Below are positions 63,702 through 64,000 of a DNA stretch of 64,000 nt, one piece after another. Made by a program: the position numbers and the translations under genes. The stretch is from Akkermansiaceae bacterium (lineage in GTDB: Bacteria > Verrucomicrobiota > Verrucomicrobiia > Verrucomicrobiales > Akkermansiaceae). The stretch lies in contig JBPOGF010000013.1 in the NCBI GenBank assembly GCA_051251915.1, positions 64,001-128,000 of the forward strand, given 5' to 3'. The notes beneath the pieces were generated by a model. The model did not search any database. It saw only the letters and a list, made by a program, of their open reading frames with translations, and was not told where the DNA came from. Positions within the stretch are counted from its first letter, which is position 1, and each line of letters starts with the position of its first letter.

Positions 63702-64000
63702 GTGAAATCACCTAACTTTCAATACCTCAAAATAGCGCATCCTCACCTTCATCGTTTGGCGGCAGATGCTGAAGGTTTATGCATGAGCAGTCCAGACCTG
63801 TGCCTCGTCCGTCTACGCCAACTTTTAGAGTGTGTTCTAACATCAGTGTTAGGCAATGAACGTGAAATGGACAATGCTCGCCGCATAAATGAGCTGAAGT
63901 ATAATGGGACCATTTCAGAGCAGATGTCGGATGCCATGCACCGACTCAGAAAGTTGGGGAATACAGCAACTCACGATGCTAAAGCTACTCAATCAGAGGC
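63702..64000 (+). CDS. DUF4145/HsdR-N-like protein, 3'-partial (not in the ORF track)
   Basis: From GTG: MKSPNFQYLKIAHPHLHRLAADAEGLCMSSPDLCLVRLRQLLE...MHRLRKLGNTATH, open to the window end. Confidence 0.75.
   Translation, partial: MKSPNFQYLKIAHPHLHRLAADAEGLCMSSPDLCLVRLRQLLECVLTSVLGNEREMDNARRINELKYNGTISEQMSDAMHRLRKLGNTATHDAKATQSE

Noticed and set aside
63749..63937. 62-aa minus-strand ORF
   Set aside because: Antisense to the better supported DUF4145-like frame.

Overview
Bacterial genomic DNA, most consistent with a Verrucomicrobiota (inferred from the SHD1-domain protein, sulfatase, gene style and intergenic repeats). The + strand is extremely C/A-rich and G-poor whichever strand a gene lies on, and several blocks depart from this bias. 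In order the window holds: a partial tex; an L,D-transpeptidase; an AT-rich ~8.3 kb island (2769-10961) resembling the Ralstonia phcBSRQ fatty-acid-methyl-ester quorum-sensing operon, plus a stand-alone AraC HTH, a FadL channel and an HxxxDG acyltransferase; housekeeping genes (suhB-like, ychF, ftsY, deaD, gmk, menF-like); a divergent sigma54 porin/amtB pair; an acyl-CoA-transferase-like/GNAT/HDAC triple fusion; a Tat-exported PCO/ADO-like dioxygenase; tmRNA; an unsaturated-uronate catabolic cluster (IclR, two GH105, eda, kdgK, kduI, kduD, TRAP); two adjacent disrupted nuclease genes; an AraC-ROK-PIG-L-nagB block; a structured inverted-repeat element; a near-complete type II secretion cluster; and the start of a DUF4145/HsdR-like ORF. 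The best candidate for an undescribed system is the phc-like signalling island. All calls come from motif recognition by eye; no searches were run.
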